A stretch of 42,516 nucleotides of DNA from assembly GCA_031408315.1 (NCBI GenBank), contig JANNWD010000122.1:1-42516 (forward strand), written 5' to 3'. How positions within the stretch are numbered: the stretch's first letter is position 1; every line of letters starts with the position of its first letter. The notes beneath the pieces are model-generated. The model was not told where the DNA came from. It was given only the letters and a program-made list of their open reading frames with translations, and did no database searches. Below are positions 1-9,964 of the stretch, in pieces. The DNA is from Bacteroidota bacterium (GTDB taxonomy: Bacteria; Bacteroidota; Bacteroidia; Chitinophagales; Chitinophagaceae). Made by a program: the position numbers and the translations under genes.

Positions 1-86
1 TAAGAATGACAAAAAACCACTGCAATTGAACCAAACAATCTTAAAAAATCGAAATTATTTTTTGTACGTATCGCAATATCTGTCAT
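1..86 (-). CDS. Acyltransferase family 3 (OafA-like), N-terminal part only, runs off window
   Basis: Not in the ORF track. ATG at 86 reads MTDIAIRTKNNFDFLRLFGSIAVVFCHS; the NFDxLR..A...V...H pattern is typical of acyltransferase-3 N-termini. Confidence 0.7.
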   Translation of the reverse strand, partial: MTDIAIRTKNNFDFLRLFGSIAVVFCHS

Positions 87-114
87 AAATTATTTAGGTA
101 ATCAAGATGTTTAA

Positions 115-1080
115 TTATTCCTCACTAGCCCTTTTTAAAAATTCTTTTTCTTCATCCGTTAAAAAATGATAGCCTTGTTGACTAATTTTATCTAGCAACT
201 CATCTACCCGTTGTTGTGTAATATTCGACTTTTTTTCAAAAGGCATACGGCTACCACTATTATAAAATATCTTTTCTTTTACAGCATTTTTATTTTCAGT
301 TTTAGTTGGATTAAATAAATTGGTTGCCCAATTGTAAAAATTAATCATCCATACACTCCCATCTTTATCTTTTTGTAAAAAATATACAAACAAAAACCCT
401 GCTAGTGCACTACCTAAAACTGCAAAACTGTTTATATTATTAAACATTACAGCACTAATAAAAGTTATTACCAAATACAACGTAGTTAATATCCACACCG
501 AAATGCCATTACCAATATTACGAAACATTTTGTACGTTGGCGAAAGTGTAGTTACCGCCACAGCAATAGCCGTAGTACCCATTGTAGAGCCGTTTAAAAA
601 CATTCCGCCAATGTTTTGCTTAATTGTAGGAATGCTGTAACAACCAATTACAAAACAAATAGCACCCAACAATGAACCATAAATGTAAATAGGAAATATA
701 AAACGGTTGCCCGATAAATCTTGCAGTATATAAGCAAAAGCCCAAAGCCAAAGCATACTGCTTAACACATTTAACAATAAAGGAAATGTAGGCATACCAC
801 CATGTGCAAACATAAAAGTTAATAGCGTCCAAGGCTTTTCGCTAAACTCTACCAAACTGCCGGGTAGTGCAAACCATTGTATTGCATCAAAATCTAACGC
901 CTGCATACCTTGGCCTTGATGGGTAAATAAATAAAAAACTCTTGTAACTAGTATTAATAAAAAGAAAATAATGTTTACGGTAATAATGCTCATTACGGCA
1001 TTGTTTGGGTCGCCAAGGGTAAAGCGGTTGCGTTTTTTAAAATTGCCCTTATATTCCTTATATCTTTCTGCTTCTCCCAT
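115..1080 (-). CDS. Rhomboid-family membrane protein, probably catalytically inactive, with soluble C-terminal domain
   Basis: PWTLLTFMFAH rhomboid motif and multiple TM segments. GxSG is replaced by GSTMG and the TM6 His is absent (SFAVLG). C-terminal VDELLDKISQQGYHFLTDEEKEFL tail. Confidence 0.8.
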   Translation of the reverse strand: MGEAERYKEYKGNFKKRNRFTLGDPNNAVMSIITVNIIFFLLILVTRVFYLFTHQGQGMQALDFDAIQWFALPGSLVEFSEKPWTLLTFMFAHGGMPTFPLLLNVLSSMLWLWAFAYILQDLSGNRFIFPIYIYGSLLGAICFVIGCYSIPTIKQNIGGMFLNGSTMGTTAIAVAVTTLSPTYKMFRNIGNGISVWILTTLYLVITFISAVMFNNINSFAVLGSALAGFLFVYFLQKDKDGSVWMINFYNWATNLFNPTKTENKNAVKEKIFYNSGSRMPFEKKSNITQQRVDELLDKISQQGYHFLTDEEKEFLKRASEE

Positions 1081-1130
1081 AAAATTATTTATGCAAAATT
1101 ACTAACTGTTTGTATAAACTATTGTTACAA

Positions 1131-1793
1131 TTAATAAAACGTTTTTTTGTTGGTTTTGTTCCAGTAGAGTACCAGTAAAAAACCTGTTATCAATCCACTT
1201 AAGTGGGCATAATGTCCAATGCCCGTTTTTACTGGACCAAATTGTCCAAACAAATCTAAGGCTACCATTATGGCCACTGCCCATTTTGCTTTTATAGGTA
1301 CAGGTATAAACATTATATACAATTCTGTATTGGGAAATAAATAGGCAAAGGCTGCAAACAAACCCATAATAGCACCAGAGGCACCTAAGGCACTGCCCAC
1401 TTGTAACACATTTTGATTGTTAGTGCCATCAAATATTATGACGTCTTTTAAAAATAACATTTGTGCTGCCCCTGCAACTAGGCCACAAATTATATAAAAA
1501 AGAAAAAAACGTTTTTGCCCCCAAACCCTTTCTAATATTGAACCAAATGTGTACAAAGCAAACATATTGAAAAAAATATGACCAATACTTCCATGGGCAA
1601 ACATATTTGTTACTAATTGATATGGTTCAAAATAATCTGACGAATAGTTGTGAATGGCTAATTTATCCGATAAAGAAAAATCACCCTTATCAAAAACGAG
1701 TTGTGCAACAAATACTAATGCATTTATTATTATCAAATTAAAAACGATTGGCGTTTCTTTTTGTACTCTATTTCCTGAATTAAAAATTGCCAT
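1131..1793 (-). CDS. Rhomboid intramembrane serine protease
   Basis: PYQLVTNMFAH, HIFFNM, GASGA (catalytic Ser), HYAHLSG (catalytic His). Confidence 0.93.
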   Translation of the reverse strand: MAIFNSGNRVQKETPIVFNLIIINALVFVAQLVFDKGDFSLSDKLAIHNYSSDYFEPYQLVTNMFAHGSIGHIFFNMFALYTFGSILERVWGQKRFFLFYIICGLVAGAAQMLFLKDVIIFDGTNNQNVLQVGSALGASGAIMGLFAAFAYLFPNTELYIMFIPVPIKAKWAVAIMVALDLFGQFGPVKTGIGHYAHLSGLITGFLLVLYWNKTNKKTFY

Positions 1794-1859
1794 AAATTAA
1801 AATTAGTTTTTTTTCTTTCGCATTAAATAAAATTTCTCTCTTATTACAAAACAAATTTT

Positions 1860-1903
1860 CACAGAAATCTATGTTTATCCTTAACAATACGTCAAATCTG
1901 TGT
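1860..1903. repeat. Degenerate CACAGA...TCTGTG inverted-repeat element overlapping the rlmD stop
   Basis: cacaga at 1860-1865 and tctgtg at 1897-1902; atctatgt/atctgtgt sub-repeats; same core as the element at 11516-11582. Confidence 0.45.
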
Positions 1904-3403
1904 CTCATTTTCCCTTAATTTCAACAACACCACACACTCAATATGATGTGTATGTGGAAACATATCTACCGGTTGTATTTTTTCTACCCAATATTTTTCA
2001 TTTAATAATGCAATATCCCTTGCTTGTGTTGCTGTGTTACAACTAACATACACAATTTTTGGAGCTTCAATTTCTAATAATTTATTCACTAGCTTTTCAT
2101 GCATACCAGCTCTTGGCGGATCGGTAATAACCACATCAGGTCTACCATGTGTGGTAAAAAATTCATCAGTACAAATTTTAATAACATCACCAGCAAAAAA
2201 ATGTGCATGGTTAATATTATTTAATGCTGCATTTTCTTTAGCGTCTACAATGGCATCATCAATAGCTTCTACCCCAATTATTTTTTTAGCTAATTGGCTT
2301 ATAAAAATTCCAATACTACCAGTACCGCAATACAAATCGTATACCACCTCATTACCCGTTAAGCCTGCAAAATCTCTGGTAATTTGGTAAAGCTTTTCAG
2401 CTTGTTTTGTATTGGTTTGAAAAAATGATTTTGGCGAAATTTTGTAACTAAAATTTTCTAACTTTTCTATAGCGTAGCCTTTACCAAAATAAGTTATTGG
2501 CGTTAAATCGTAAATAGTATCGTTAAACTTTGGGTTAATGGTGTACAGCAATGTTGTAATGGATGGTACTTTTTGTAACAAATCATCTAACAATAATTTC
2601 CTATTTTCCTCCTCTTCATTATTAAAAATAATATTTACCATTAACTCACCAGTGCTGCAATAACGAATTACAATATTGCGTAACCATCCAGTGTGCTGCC
2701 TTACATCGTAAAAACTAAAATTATGTAGCAAGGCAAAATCTCTAACACTATTGCGTATATTGTTATTTACACCATCCATTAAAAAGCATTCCTGTATATC
2801 AATTATTTTATCAAACAAACGAGGAACGTGGAAGCCTAGGGCCCCCTCTAAATCTCCCCCAGTGGGGGAAACTTTTGGTGTATGATGATTTGTAGCCTTC
2901 GTTAAATCCGCAGAGTCTTTCAAAGTCCCCTCCACTGGAGGGGATTTAGGGGAGGCTTCCATTTCCTCTGGCAATAAATATCTTTTATTGCTAAACGTAA
3001 ACTCTAATTTGTTTCTATAATATTTATCGTCATCTGCACCAATAATGGGTAATAATGCTGGCAAATCTACCTTACCAATTCTCTTTAAATTTTGCTCAAC
3101 TTCTTGCTGCTTGTATTGTAGCTGTTTTGCATAAGGCAGCATTTGCCATTTGCAACCACCACAAACGCCAAAGTGCTTGCAAAAGGGTATTTGCCTATCT
3201 GCCGCAGGTGTTTTAATTTGTACAACCCTAGCCTCTGCCCAGTCTTTTTTGTTTTTAGTTAAAAATACATCTACCACATCGCCAGGTACAGCACCGCTAA
3301 TAAAAATTACCTTACCATCTTGCTTGGCAAGGGCTTTACCCTCGGCAGCATAATCGGTTACCAAAAGGTTTTCAAGCACAATTCGTTTTTTATCGTTTTT
3401 CAC
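1892..3403 (-). CDS. rlmD: 23S rRNA (uracil-C5)-methyltransferase RlmD, TRAM domain, with in-frame palindromic insertion
   Basis: CKHFGVCGGC Fe-S motif, YRNKLEF, SFFQTN, DLYCGTG, DPPRAG, YVSCN, DMFPHTHHIE. Likely GTG start at 3403, just after a TATTTTTG box. Confidence 0.93.
   Translation of the reverse strand: MKNDKKRIVLENLLVTDYAAEGKALAKQDGKVIFISGAVPGDVVDVFLTKNKKDWAEARVVQIKTPAADRQIPFCKHFGVCGGCKWQMLPYAKQLQYKQQEVEQNLKRIGKVDLPALLPIIGADDDKYYRNKLEFTFSNKRYLLPEEMEASPKSPPVEGTLKDSADLTKATNHHTPKVSPTGGDLEGALGFHVPRLFDKIIDIQECFLMDGVNNNIRNSVRDFALLHNFSFYDVRQHTGWLRNIVIRYCSTGELMVNIIFNNEEEENRKLLLDDLLQKVPSITTLLYTINPKFNDTIYDLTPITYFGKGYAIEKLENFSYKISPKSFFQTNTKQAEKLYQITRDFAGLTGNEVVYDLYCGTGSIGIFISQLAKKIIGVEAIDDAIVDAKENAALNNINHAHFFAGDVIKICTDEFFTTHGRPDVVITDPPRAGMHEKLVNKLLEIEAPKIVYVSCNTATQARDIALLNEKYWVEKIQPVDMFPHTHHIECVVLLKLRENETQI
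2841..2956. repeat. REP/REPIN-like inverted doublet inside rlmD
   Basis: 35-bp arms at 2841-2875 and 2922-2956 are inverted and match 28/35. Each arm has its own hairpin (TCCCCC-AGT-GGGGGA; TCCCCTCC-ACT-GGAGGGGA). Spacer is 46 bp. Confidence 0.88.
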
Positions 3404-3408
3404 AAGGG

Positions 3409-3416
3409 CAAAAATA
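3409..3416 (-). promoter_or_regulatory. Bacteroidota -7 promoter box for rlmD
   Basis: TATTTTTG (TAnnTTTG consensus) 5 nt before the GTG at 3403. Confidence 0.6.
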
Positions 3417-3424
3417 CTTTTTTG

Positions 3425-3517
3425 TTGCACACAACGATACAAAGATTATGAAGCAACAAAGAAAACAATTGAAATAAAACGTTGTGTACTTGGTTTTCGT
3501 TGTTCCTTTATGTGCAA
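3425..3517. repeat. Intergenic inverted-repeat element (CACAACG/CGTTGTG family), copy 1
   Basis: Terminal IR ttgcaca/tgtgcaa. 3478-3509 matches the reverse complement of 15079-15110 at 29/32. Confidence 0.8.
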
Positions 3518-3590
3518 TAAAGTTGTTAATAAAATGTAATTGTTGCCTATTACGTTTTAAGTAAAACATAGATAAATCAACCATTTTAAA

Positions 3591-3598
3591 TACATTTG
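3591..3598 (+). promoter_or_regulatory. -7 promoter box for the thioredoxin-like/PPIase operon
   Basis: TACATTTG 17 nt upstream of the ATG at 3616. Confidence 0.6.
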
Positions 3599-3615
3599 CT
3601 ATCCTTAATTATACA

Positions 3616-5052
3616 ATGAAAAAGATTTTTATAACATTATTGGTTTTAGTAGTTGCAAAAATTGGTTTTGCACAAGGATACACAATAACTCTACAGGCAA
3701 AAGGCTACAAAGGTGGCTTAACGTATTTTACCTATTACAGCGGTAGCAATTTAAATATACAAGATAGTGCCATTATGAAAAAAAATGGTACTGTACTCTT
3801 TGCTCGAAAACTAAAATTGCTTGGCGGTATTTATGTATTAGTATTGCCCGATAGGCGTAGGGTAGATTTTTTAATAGATAAAGAACAAAAAATTACGATT
3901 AAACTAGATAGTACAGATTTGGTTTTTAAAACAATAATTACTGGCTCAAAAGAAAATATTTTATACCAACAATATCAAAAAACAGTTACCACAAAAGGTA
4001 GATTAAGAGATGCTGAACGTAAAGCCTATACAGAAAGTACAACAAAAGCAGACAGTATTTTACACGAAAAAAACTTTAATGCCCACAGTAATGATATGAA
4101 CATTTATAGAGAAGGCATTATTAAAAATCAACCAAAGTCGATGATGGCTATGCTTTTATTAGCTATGAAAGAGCCATCGGTATTAACCCAAAACCCAACA
4201 ACAAAAGAAGATAGTGCTACTAATTTTTACTATTACAAAAAACATTTTTGGGATGGTATAAGTTTTATGGACGATAGAGTAATTCGTACACCATTTTTTA
4301 CGCCAAAACTACAACGTTTTTATACTGATGTAGAAATAAATGCAGATAGTGTTATAAAAGACATTGATTATAAATTATTGCTAGCTCGTAGCAGTCCGGA
4401 GTTGTATAAATATTTATTAAACTGGGTTACCGATTTTTATCTTAACCCAAAATACATGGGGCAAGATGCTGTGCTAGTGCATTTATTTAATAACTACCAC
4501 AGTAAGGGTGCAAGCTATTGGTTAAATGAAAAACAAATGGAGTTTATAAGCCGAAGGGCCTATATGTTAATGAGTAATTTAATTGGCGAACAAGCTGCCA
4601 ATTTAGAAATGATTGATACAGAAGATAAGCCCACAGCACTGTATAACATAAATGCCGATTTTACCGTAGTATGTTTTTGGGACCCTAACTGTGGGCATTG
4701 TAAAACAGAAGTGCCAAGGGTAGATAGTATATACAGAGCCAGTTGGAAAAACAAAGGCGTAAAAATATTTGCTGTGCTCACCCCAGAAAATGAGGTAAAC
4801 GTAAAAGCAGAATGGTTAAAGTTTATTACTGATAATAAAATTACTGATTGGAGCCATGCCCATCAAACCAAAGAAATGATAGCCGCCGATAATGCTGCAC
4901 AAAAACCAAGCTTTAGGCAATTGTACGATGTTACTAGTACACCCATTTTATATTTGTTAGATAAAGACAAACATATAATTGGCAAAAAATTAACCATTGC
5001 ACAAATGAACGAATTGCTTGAAGCAAAACTTAAAAATACTAAAACGAACTAA
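3616..5052 (+). CDS. Exported TlpA/thioredoxin-like domain protein
   Basis: Signal peptide; C-terminal FWDPNCGHC redox motif and STPILYLLDKD. Confidence 0.85.
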   Translation: MKKIFITLLVLVVAKIGFAQGYTITLQAKGYKGGLTYFTYYSGSNLNIQDSAIMKKNGTVLFARKLKLLGGIYVLVLPDRRRVDFLIDKEQKITIKLDSTDLVFKTIITGSKENILYQQYQKTVTTKGRLRDAERKAYTESTTKADSILHEKNFNAHSNDMNIYREGIIKNQPKSMMAMLLLAMKEPSVLTQNPTTKEDSATNFYYYKKHFWDGISFMDDRVIRTPFFTPKLQRFYTDVEINADSVIKDIDYKLLLARSSPELYKYLLNWVTDFYLNPKYMGQDAVLVHLFNNYHSKGASYWLNEKQMEFISRRAYMLMSNLIGEQAANLEMIDTEDKPTALYNINADFTVVCFWDPNCGHCKTEVPRVDSIYRASWKNKGVKIFAVLTPENEVNVKAEWLKFITDNKITDWSHAHQTKEMIAADNAAQKPSFRQLYDVTSTPILYLLDKDKHIIGKKLTIAQMNELLEAKLKNTKTN

Positions 5053-7004
5053 TGGTTATGTTATATAAAATGAAGTCTTTTTTACTTATGTGTTTTTTAT
5101 TGATGGGGGCAAATGTTGCTAATGCTCAAACACTTTTTACCTACGGCACTAATGCTGTTAGTAAAGAGGAATTTTTAAAAGCATATAATAAAAACAAAGC
5201 GGCTGTTACAGATAAAGAAGCATCGCTAAAAGAATATTTAGACCTTTACACAAAGTTTAAATTGAAAGTAAAAGCTGCACAAGATTTAGGTATTGATACC
5301 TTACCACACTTGCAATACGATTTGCAAAGCTTTAGAACACAAGTAGAAGATAGCTACATGAGTGATGAAAAAAGTGTAGATGCATTATCCAACGAGGCTT
5401 TTGATAGAATGCAAAAAGATGTACATGCTTATCATTTTTTTGTACCCATTACTGCAACTACAACAGCAGAGGATACTGTAAAAGCCTACAATGCTTTAAA
5501 AGAAATTAGTAAACTATTAAACCAAGGTAAAGCCGATTACACTCAAATAGCAACCGATGCTTCAAAAATATTTACAGTAAAGCATGGCGATATTGGTTTT
5601 GTTACAGCTTTTTCTGTACCGTACGAATACGAAAATGTTATTTATACTTTACAAACGGGTCAATCATCAACAATTTATCGGAGTAAAAAAGGAGTACATA
5701 TTTTTAAAAATATTGAAGAAAGAAATAGTGCTGGTAAATGGCGAATAGCACAAATTTTATTTGCATTTGCTCCTGGGCAAGATGTTACAAATACCAGCAA
5801 TTTAAAAGCACAAGCCGATTCTGTATATGCTTTTGTAAAAAGTGGTAGCGATTTTGGAGCTATGGCAAAAAAATATAGCGATGATAAAATGACGTATGCT
5901 GCTGGTGGAGAATTGCCTGAGTTTACTACAGGAAAATTTCAACCATCATTTGAAAAAGAAGTTTTTAAACTTAAAAATAATGGAGATGTTTCGCCAGTTT
6001 TTGTAACATCATTTGGCTATCATATTGTAAAGCGTTTAGAGCAAACGCCAACGCCTAATAACAAAGAAGCATCCAACTATTTAATAGAGATAAAACAAAG
6101 AGTGCAACAAGATGGCAGAATAAATACAGCAAAAGAAAAATTTGCCCAAGACATTTTAGCAAAGCTAGGCTATAAAAAAAATGCAACCATTAAAGAGGCC
6201 GATTTATTTAAGTATGCAGATAGTGTAACTAAAAACCCAAATACAATTGCAACAAAACTCCCTATTGGCAATAAAACCGTTTTTTCTTTTAATAAAACAA
6301 ACTTTACAGGGGCCAACTGGCTTGGTTTTATTAAAGAATATAAAACCAATGGAGAGCTTTATCAAGGCGAAAACAACGCTACATTACTTACAAAATTTGT
6401 TAATACAAGTGCGTTAAGTTTTTATAAAAAGAATTTAGAAAATTACAATGCCGATTTCAAATATCAAATGGCAGAGTTTAAAGAAGGCAATATGCTATTT
6501 GAAATTATGGAACGTAAAGTGTGGAGCAAAGCTGCTAATGATAATGCTGGCTTACGCAATTACTACGATGCAAATAAAGCAAAATACAAATGGGGGGCAA
6601 GTGCCGTAGTTATTTTATTTAATTGCAACAACGAAGCCACCGCTAAAAAAGCCATTGCTGATTTAACCCCAGGGAAAGATTGGAAAAAAATTACCGAAGA
6701 AGCTAACAACACCATACAAGCCGATAGCAGCCGCTACGAACTTTCTCAAATACCCGTAAAAGAAGGAACGATTTTAAATGCTGGCAATATTACAGAGCCG
6801 GTTATAAATGTATTAGATGGTACGGCAAGTTTTGTAAAAGTTATAAAATTATACAATGCAAACGAACAACGTAATTTTGATGAAGCTAAAGGACTAATTA
6901 TAAACGACTATCAAACCATTGTAGAAGAACAATGGTTAAGTGAATTAAAAAAGAAATATCCAATAAAAATAAATAGCGATGTGTTTAAATCCTTATTGAA
7001 ATAA
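5052..7004 (+). CDS. Periplasmic parvulin-type peptidyl-prolyl isomerase (SurA-like)
   Basis: Signal peptide; rotamase motifs FGAMAKKYSDD..GGEL and SPVFVTSFGYHIVK; TAATG coupling to the upstream gene. Confidence 0.87.
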   Translation: MVMLYKMKSFLLMCFLLMGANVANAQTLFTYGTNAVSKEEFLKAYNKNKAAVTDKEASLKEYLDLYTKFKLKVKAAQDLGIDTLPHLQYDLQSFRTQVEDSYMSDEKSVDALSNEAFDRMQKDVHAYHFFVPITATTTAEDTVKAYNALKEISKLLNQGKADYTQIATDASKIFTVKHGDIGFVTAFSVPYEYENVIYTLQTGQSSTIYRSKKGVHIFKNIEERNSAGKWRIAQILFAFAPGQDVTNTSNLKAQADSVYAFVKSGSDFGAMAKKYSDDKMTYAAGGELPEFTTGKFQPSFEKEVFKLKNNGDVSPVFVTSFGYHIVKRLEQTPTPNNKEASNYLIEIKQRVQQDGRINTAKEKFAQDILAKLGYKKNATIKEADLFKYADSVTKNPNTIATKLPIGNKTVFSFNKTNFTGANWLGFIKEYKTNGELYQGENNATLLTKFVNTSALSFYKKNLENYNADFKYQMAEFKEGNMLFEIMERKVWSKAANDNAGLRNYYDANKAKYKWGASAVVILFNCNNEATAKKAIADLTPGKDWKKITEEANNTIQADSSRYELSQIPVKEGTILNAGNITEPVINVLDGTASFVKVIKLYNANEQRNFDEAKGLIINDYQTIVEEQWLSELKKKYPIKINSDVFKSLLK

Positions 7005-7007
7005 ATA

Positions 7008-7451
7008 CTACCTAAACTTATTTTTTATACTATTTTTATTAATTATGAGCACTTTAGGCAAAGCGCCAACAGGTAGCAAAAACATTGATATTAATACAAA
7101 AAGTGGAAATACAATTAAGAATGAGTTGCCCCAAAAACCTAAAAAGGTATATACAAAAGCTTCGTTTGGGTTTTGTGGATTATAAATTACAGGCACTGTG
7201 CTACCATCATAATAACTATCATGCAAGTTTGCACTACCATAAAAAGCATATAAGGCGTCTACAGTTTTAAAATCTACTATTGGGAAATAAGAAACTCCTG
7301 TTCTTCTTCCTTTATGTTTTTGCATTATGTATTCTCTAATTATGCCGCTTGTTTTTTTATAGGTTAATGCATACCATAATTGTTTTCCATAAGTACAACC
7401 AAGCAATATCCCAAGTAATAAAAAATATAGTTTGTATTTATTTATTTTCAT
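7008..7451 (-). CDS. Small membrane protein, DUF3592-like
   Basis: TM, then YFPIVDF...VPVIYNPQNPNEA, then TM; ATG at 7451 chosen as start. Confidence 0.65.
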   Translation of the reverse strand: MKINKYKLYFLLLGILLGCTYGKQLWYALTYKKTSGIIREYIMQKHKGRRTGVSYFPIVDFKTVDALYAFYGSANLHDSYYDGSTVPVIYNPQNPNEAFVYTFLGFWGNSFLIVFPLFVLISMFLLPVGALPKVLIINKNSIKNKFR

Positions 7452-7492
7452 TTTACCCAAAAGGCATTATAACAATGATATAGATAATTGGC

Positions 7493-8446
7493 TTAAACAA
7501 CCTCCTTGACTACATCAGCAATTAGTGTTGGCCTACCCAAAGTATAATAATGCAACACCGGAACGCCATACGCTTTTAACTCTTTACTTTGTTGTAAAAG
7601 CCAAGCTGCACCTACTTTTTCTACATCTTCATCGGTTTTACATTTTAGCACTTCGTTGCTTAAATCGGTTGGCAATTCTATGCTAAATGTTTTGGGTAAA
7701 ATATTTAATTGCTTTTTTGTATAAATTGGTTTTAACCCAGGAACGATAGGAACATTAATTCCTGCGGCTTTACAAGCCTCTACAAATGCAAAGTATTTTT
7801 TATTATCAAAAAACATTTGAGTAATTATATAATCGGCACCAGCATCTACTTTCGCTTTTAAATATTGCAAATCGGTATCTAAGTTTGGTGCTTCAAAATG
7901 TTTTTCGGGGTAGCCAGCTACACCAATACAAAATTCTGTTTTTTGCGTACCTTTTAATTCATCATCTAAATAAATACCTGCATTTAAGTCTACAACTTGC
8001 TTTAATAATTCGCTAGCAAATTTATGCCCACCCGGTTCTGGCTCAAAAGCAGTTTCGTTTTTAGCAGCATCGCCACGTAGCACCAACACATTATCTATTC
8101 CTAAATAACGCAAATTTATTAACGCATCTTCCGTATCGTTTACACTAAAACCACCACAAATTAAATGCGGCACGGTATCCACATTATATTTGTTCATAAT
8201 GGCAGCACAAATACTTTCGGTACCAGGCCGTTTACGAATAACTACTTTTTCAAAACTACCATCGGCTCTTTTTTTAAAAACATGCTCACTTCTATGATAG
8301 GTTACATTTATAAAAGCTGGCTTAAACTCCATCAACGGATTTAAGTGACTATACAACGCTTCAATTCCTTTGCCTTTTATAGGCGGCAATACTTCAAACG
8401 ATATTAGTGTGTCTTTAGCTTGTGCTATGTGGTCGGTAACCCTCAT
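7493..8446 (-). CDS. metF: 5,10-methylenetetrahydrofolate reductase
   Basis: ISFEVLPP, LRGD, VAGYPEKH, KVDAGADYIITQMFFD, LHYYTL. Confidence 0.95.
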   Translation of the reverse strand: MRVTDHIAQAKDTLISFEVLPPIKGKGIEALYSHLNPLMEFKPAFINVTYHRSEHVFKKRADGSFEKVVIRKRPGTESICAAIMNKYNVDTVPHLICGGFSVNDTEDALINLRYLGIDNVLVLRGDAAKNETAFEPEPGGHKFASELLKQVVDLNAGIYLDDELKGTQKTEFCIGVAGYPEKHFEAPNLDTDLQYLKAKVDAGADYIITQMFFDNKKYFAFVEACKAAGINVPIVPGLKPIYTKKQLNILPKTFSIELPTDLSNEVLKCKTDEDVEKVGAAWLLQQSKELKAYGVPVLHYYTLGRPTLIADVVKEVV

Positions 8447-8563
8447 TATTTTTTAGATTATGTGTAAAATTAACTAAGAAAGGCTAAAGCACAAACAGTT
8501 GTTAAATAAACACTACTGTTTAACCATTGGTTGCTTTACATTATTTTTGTACAAATTACAATT

Positions 8564-9325
8564 TTGAACTTAACTATACATACCAAAAATTTAGTAAAAG
8601 TTTATGGCAGTCGTACTGTTGTAAACGATGTGTCATTTACAGTAAGCCAAGGCGAAATTGTTGGTTTGCTTGGCCCAAATGGAGCAGGTAAAACAACATC
8701 TTTTTACCAAGTAGTAGGCTTAGTAAAACCCGATAAAGGCGAAGTGTTTTTAAACGATATAAACATTACCAAATTACCCATGTACAAAAGGGCACAAATG
8801 GGTATTGGTTATTTACCGCAAGAGGCTAGTGTTTTTAGAAAACTAAGTGTGGAAGAAAATATTAGTGCCATTTTAGAAATGACAAAACTTACCAAAGCAC
8901 AACAAAAAGAAAAGCTAGAAATTCTATTGGATGAATTTAGATTACAAAAAGTACGTAAAAATAATGGCGATACCTTAAGTGGTGGAGAAAGACGACGTAC
9001 CGAAATTGCCAGATCTTTAGCCGTTGACCCAAAATTTATTTTGTTAGATGAACCCTTTGCAGGTGTTGACCCTATTGCTGTTGAAGATATACAAGCCATT
9101 GTAGCTAAACTAAAATTTAAAAATATTGGTATTTTAATTACCGATCATAATGTAAACGAAACCTTAAGTATTTGCGATAGAGCTTACTTGCTTATTGATG
9201 GTAAAATATTTAAGCATGGTACAGCCGAGGAATTAGCAGGAGATGAACAAGTAAGACGTTTATATTTAGGTAAAAATTTTGAATTGAAGCGAAAGGATTA
9301 TTTGCATGATGAAGCAGCTCAATAA
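8564..9325 (+). CDS. lptB: LPS export ABC transporter ATP-binding protein
   Basis: [50 protein letters not shown]. In-frame TTG start at 8564 lies downstream of TATTTTTG at 8542-8549. Confidence 0.95.
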   Translation: MNLTIHTKNLVKVYGSRTVVNDVSFTVSQGEIVGLLGPNGAGKTTSFYQVVGLVKPDKGEVFLNDINITKLPMYKRAQMGIGYLPQEASVFRKLSVEENISAILEMTKLTKAQQKEKLEILLDEFRLQKVRKNNGDTLSGGERRRTEIARSLAVDPKFILLDEPFAGVDPIAVEDIQAIVAKLKFKNIGILITDHNVNETLSICDRAYLLIDGKIFKHGTAEELAGDEQVRRLYLGKNFELKRKDYLHDEAAQ

Positions 9326-9351
9326 TTCAACATTTTTAAATCCGACAGCAT

Positions 9352-9379
9352 AAATAATTAATTTCATTTTGTATTTTGC
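9352..9379 (+). repeat. Left direct repeat flanking the TA module
   Basis: TTTCATTTTGTATTTTGC (9362-9379) is identical to 9975-9992; AAATAATTAAT also precedes both copies. Confidence 0.75.
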
Positions 9380-9417
9380 CTTTTAAATTTTATTAACTTT
9401 AGCTCAATAAAAAAAAT

Positions 9418-9666
9418 ATGCAAAATATTTCTGCTATAAAAAAGCTTCCAGAAAAAGAAAAAATAAAAATCATTAATAAAATTTGGGATAGTATTGATGA
9501 AACGCCCCCTAATTTTTTTGCGGATAAAGAAATAAATCTTCTTTTAAAGGAACGATTAAAAGAAATAAAGTTAAAAACAGTAAAAACAGACAGCTGGGAA
9601 AATGTTAAAAAAAGATTGATCAATAAAGCTGATGTTAGGTTAAAAAACGTAGTAAAGAATGTATAA
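9418..9666 (+). CDS. Putative antitoxin, addiction-module component (TIGR02574-like)
   Basis: LPEKEKIKIINKIWDSI...ERL...SWENVKKRL pattern; overlaps the downstream toxin. Confidence 0.75.
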   Translation: MQNISAIKKLPEKEKIKIINKIWDSIDETPPNFFADKEINLLLKERLKEIKLKTVKTDSWENVKKRLINKADVRLKNVVKNV

Positions 9667-9964
9667 TATTTCTATTACTACCAAAGTTGAAGATGAATTA
9701 GACAAAGTAAGTAAATGGTACGATACTAAAATCCCTGGCCTTAGTTTTCGATTTTACAATAGTCTTGATATTGCATTTCATAAACTATCAAAAATACCTA
9801 AATCATATTCTTTTTACGATACAAAACTTCAAATAAGAAAGCATAAACTACCAAGATTTCCATATATAATTTTTTATTGGATTGATAATAATATAGTTAA
9901 TATAATTGCCGTAATTCATGCACATCGTTCCAATCGTTTTGTAAAACGAAATTTAAGAAAATAA
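9659..9964 (+). CDS. RelE/ParE family toxin
   Basis: ~100 aa basic protein; WYD..PGL, RFPYIIFY, IIAVIHAHR. Confidence 0.85.
   Translation: MYNISITTKVEDELDKVSKWYDTKIPGLSFRFYNSLDIAFHKLSKIPKSYSFYDTKLQIRKHKLPRFPYIIFYWIDNNIVNIIAVIHAHRSNRFVKRNLRK

Noticed and set aside
3390-3584. 64-aa ORF and the N-terminal extension of rlmD to 3442
   Set aside because: Both run through the promoter box and the intergenic palindrome; likely spurious.
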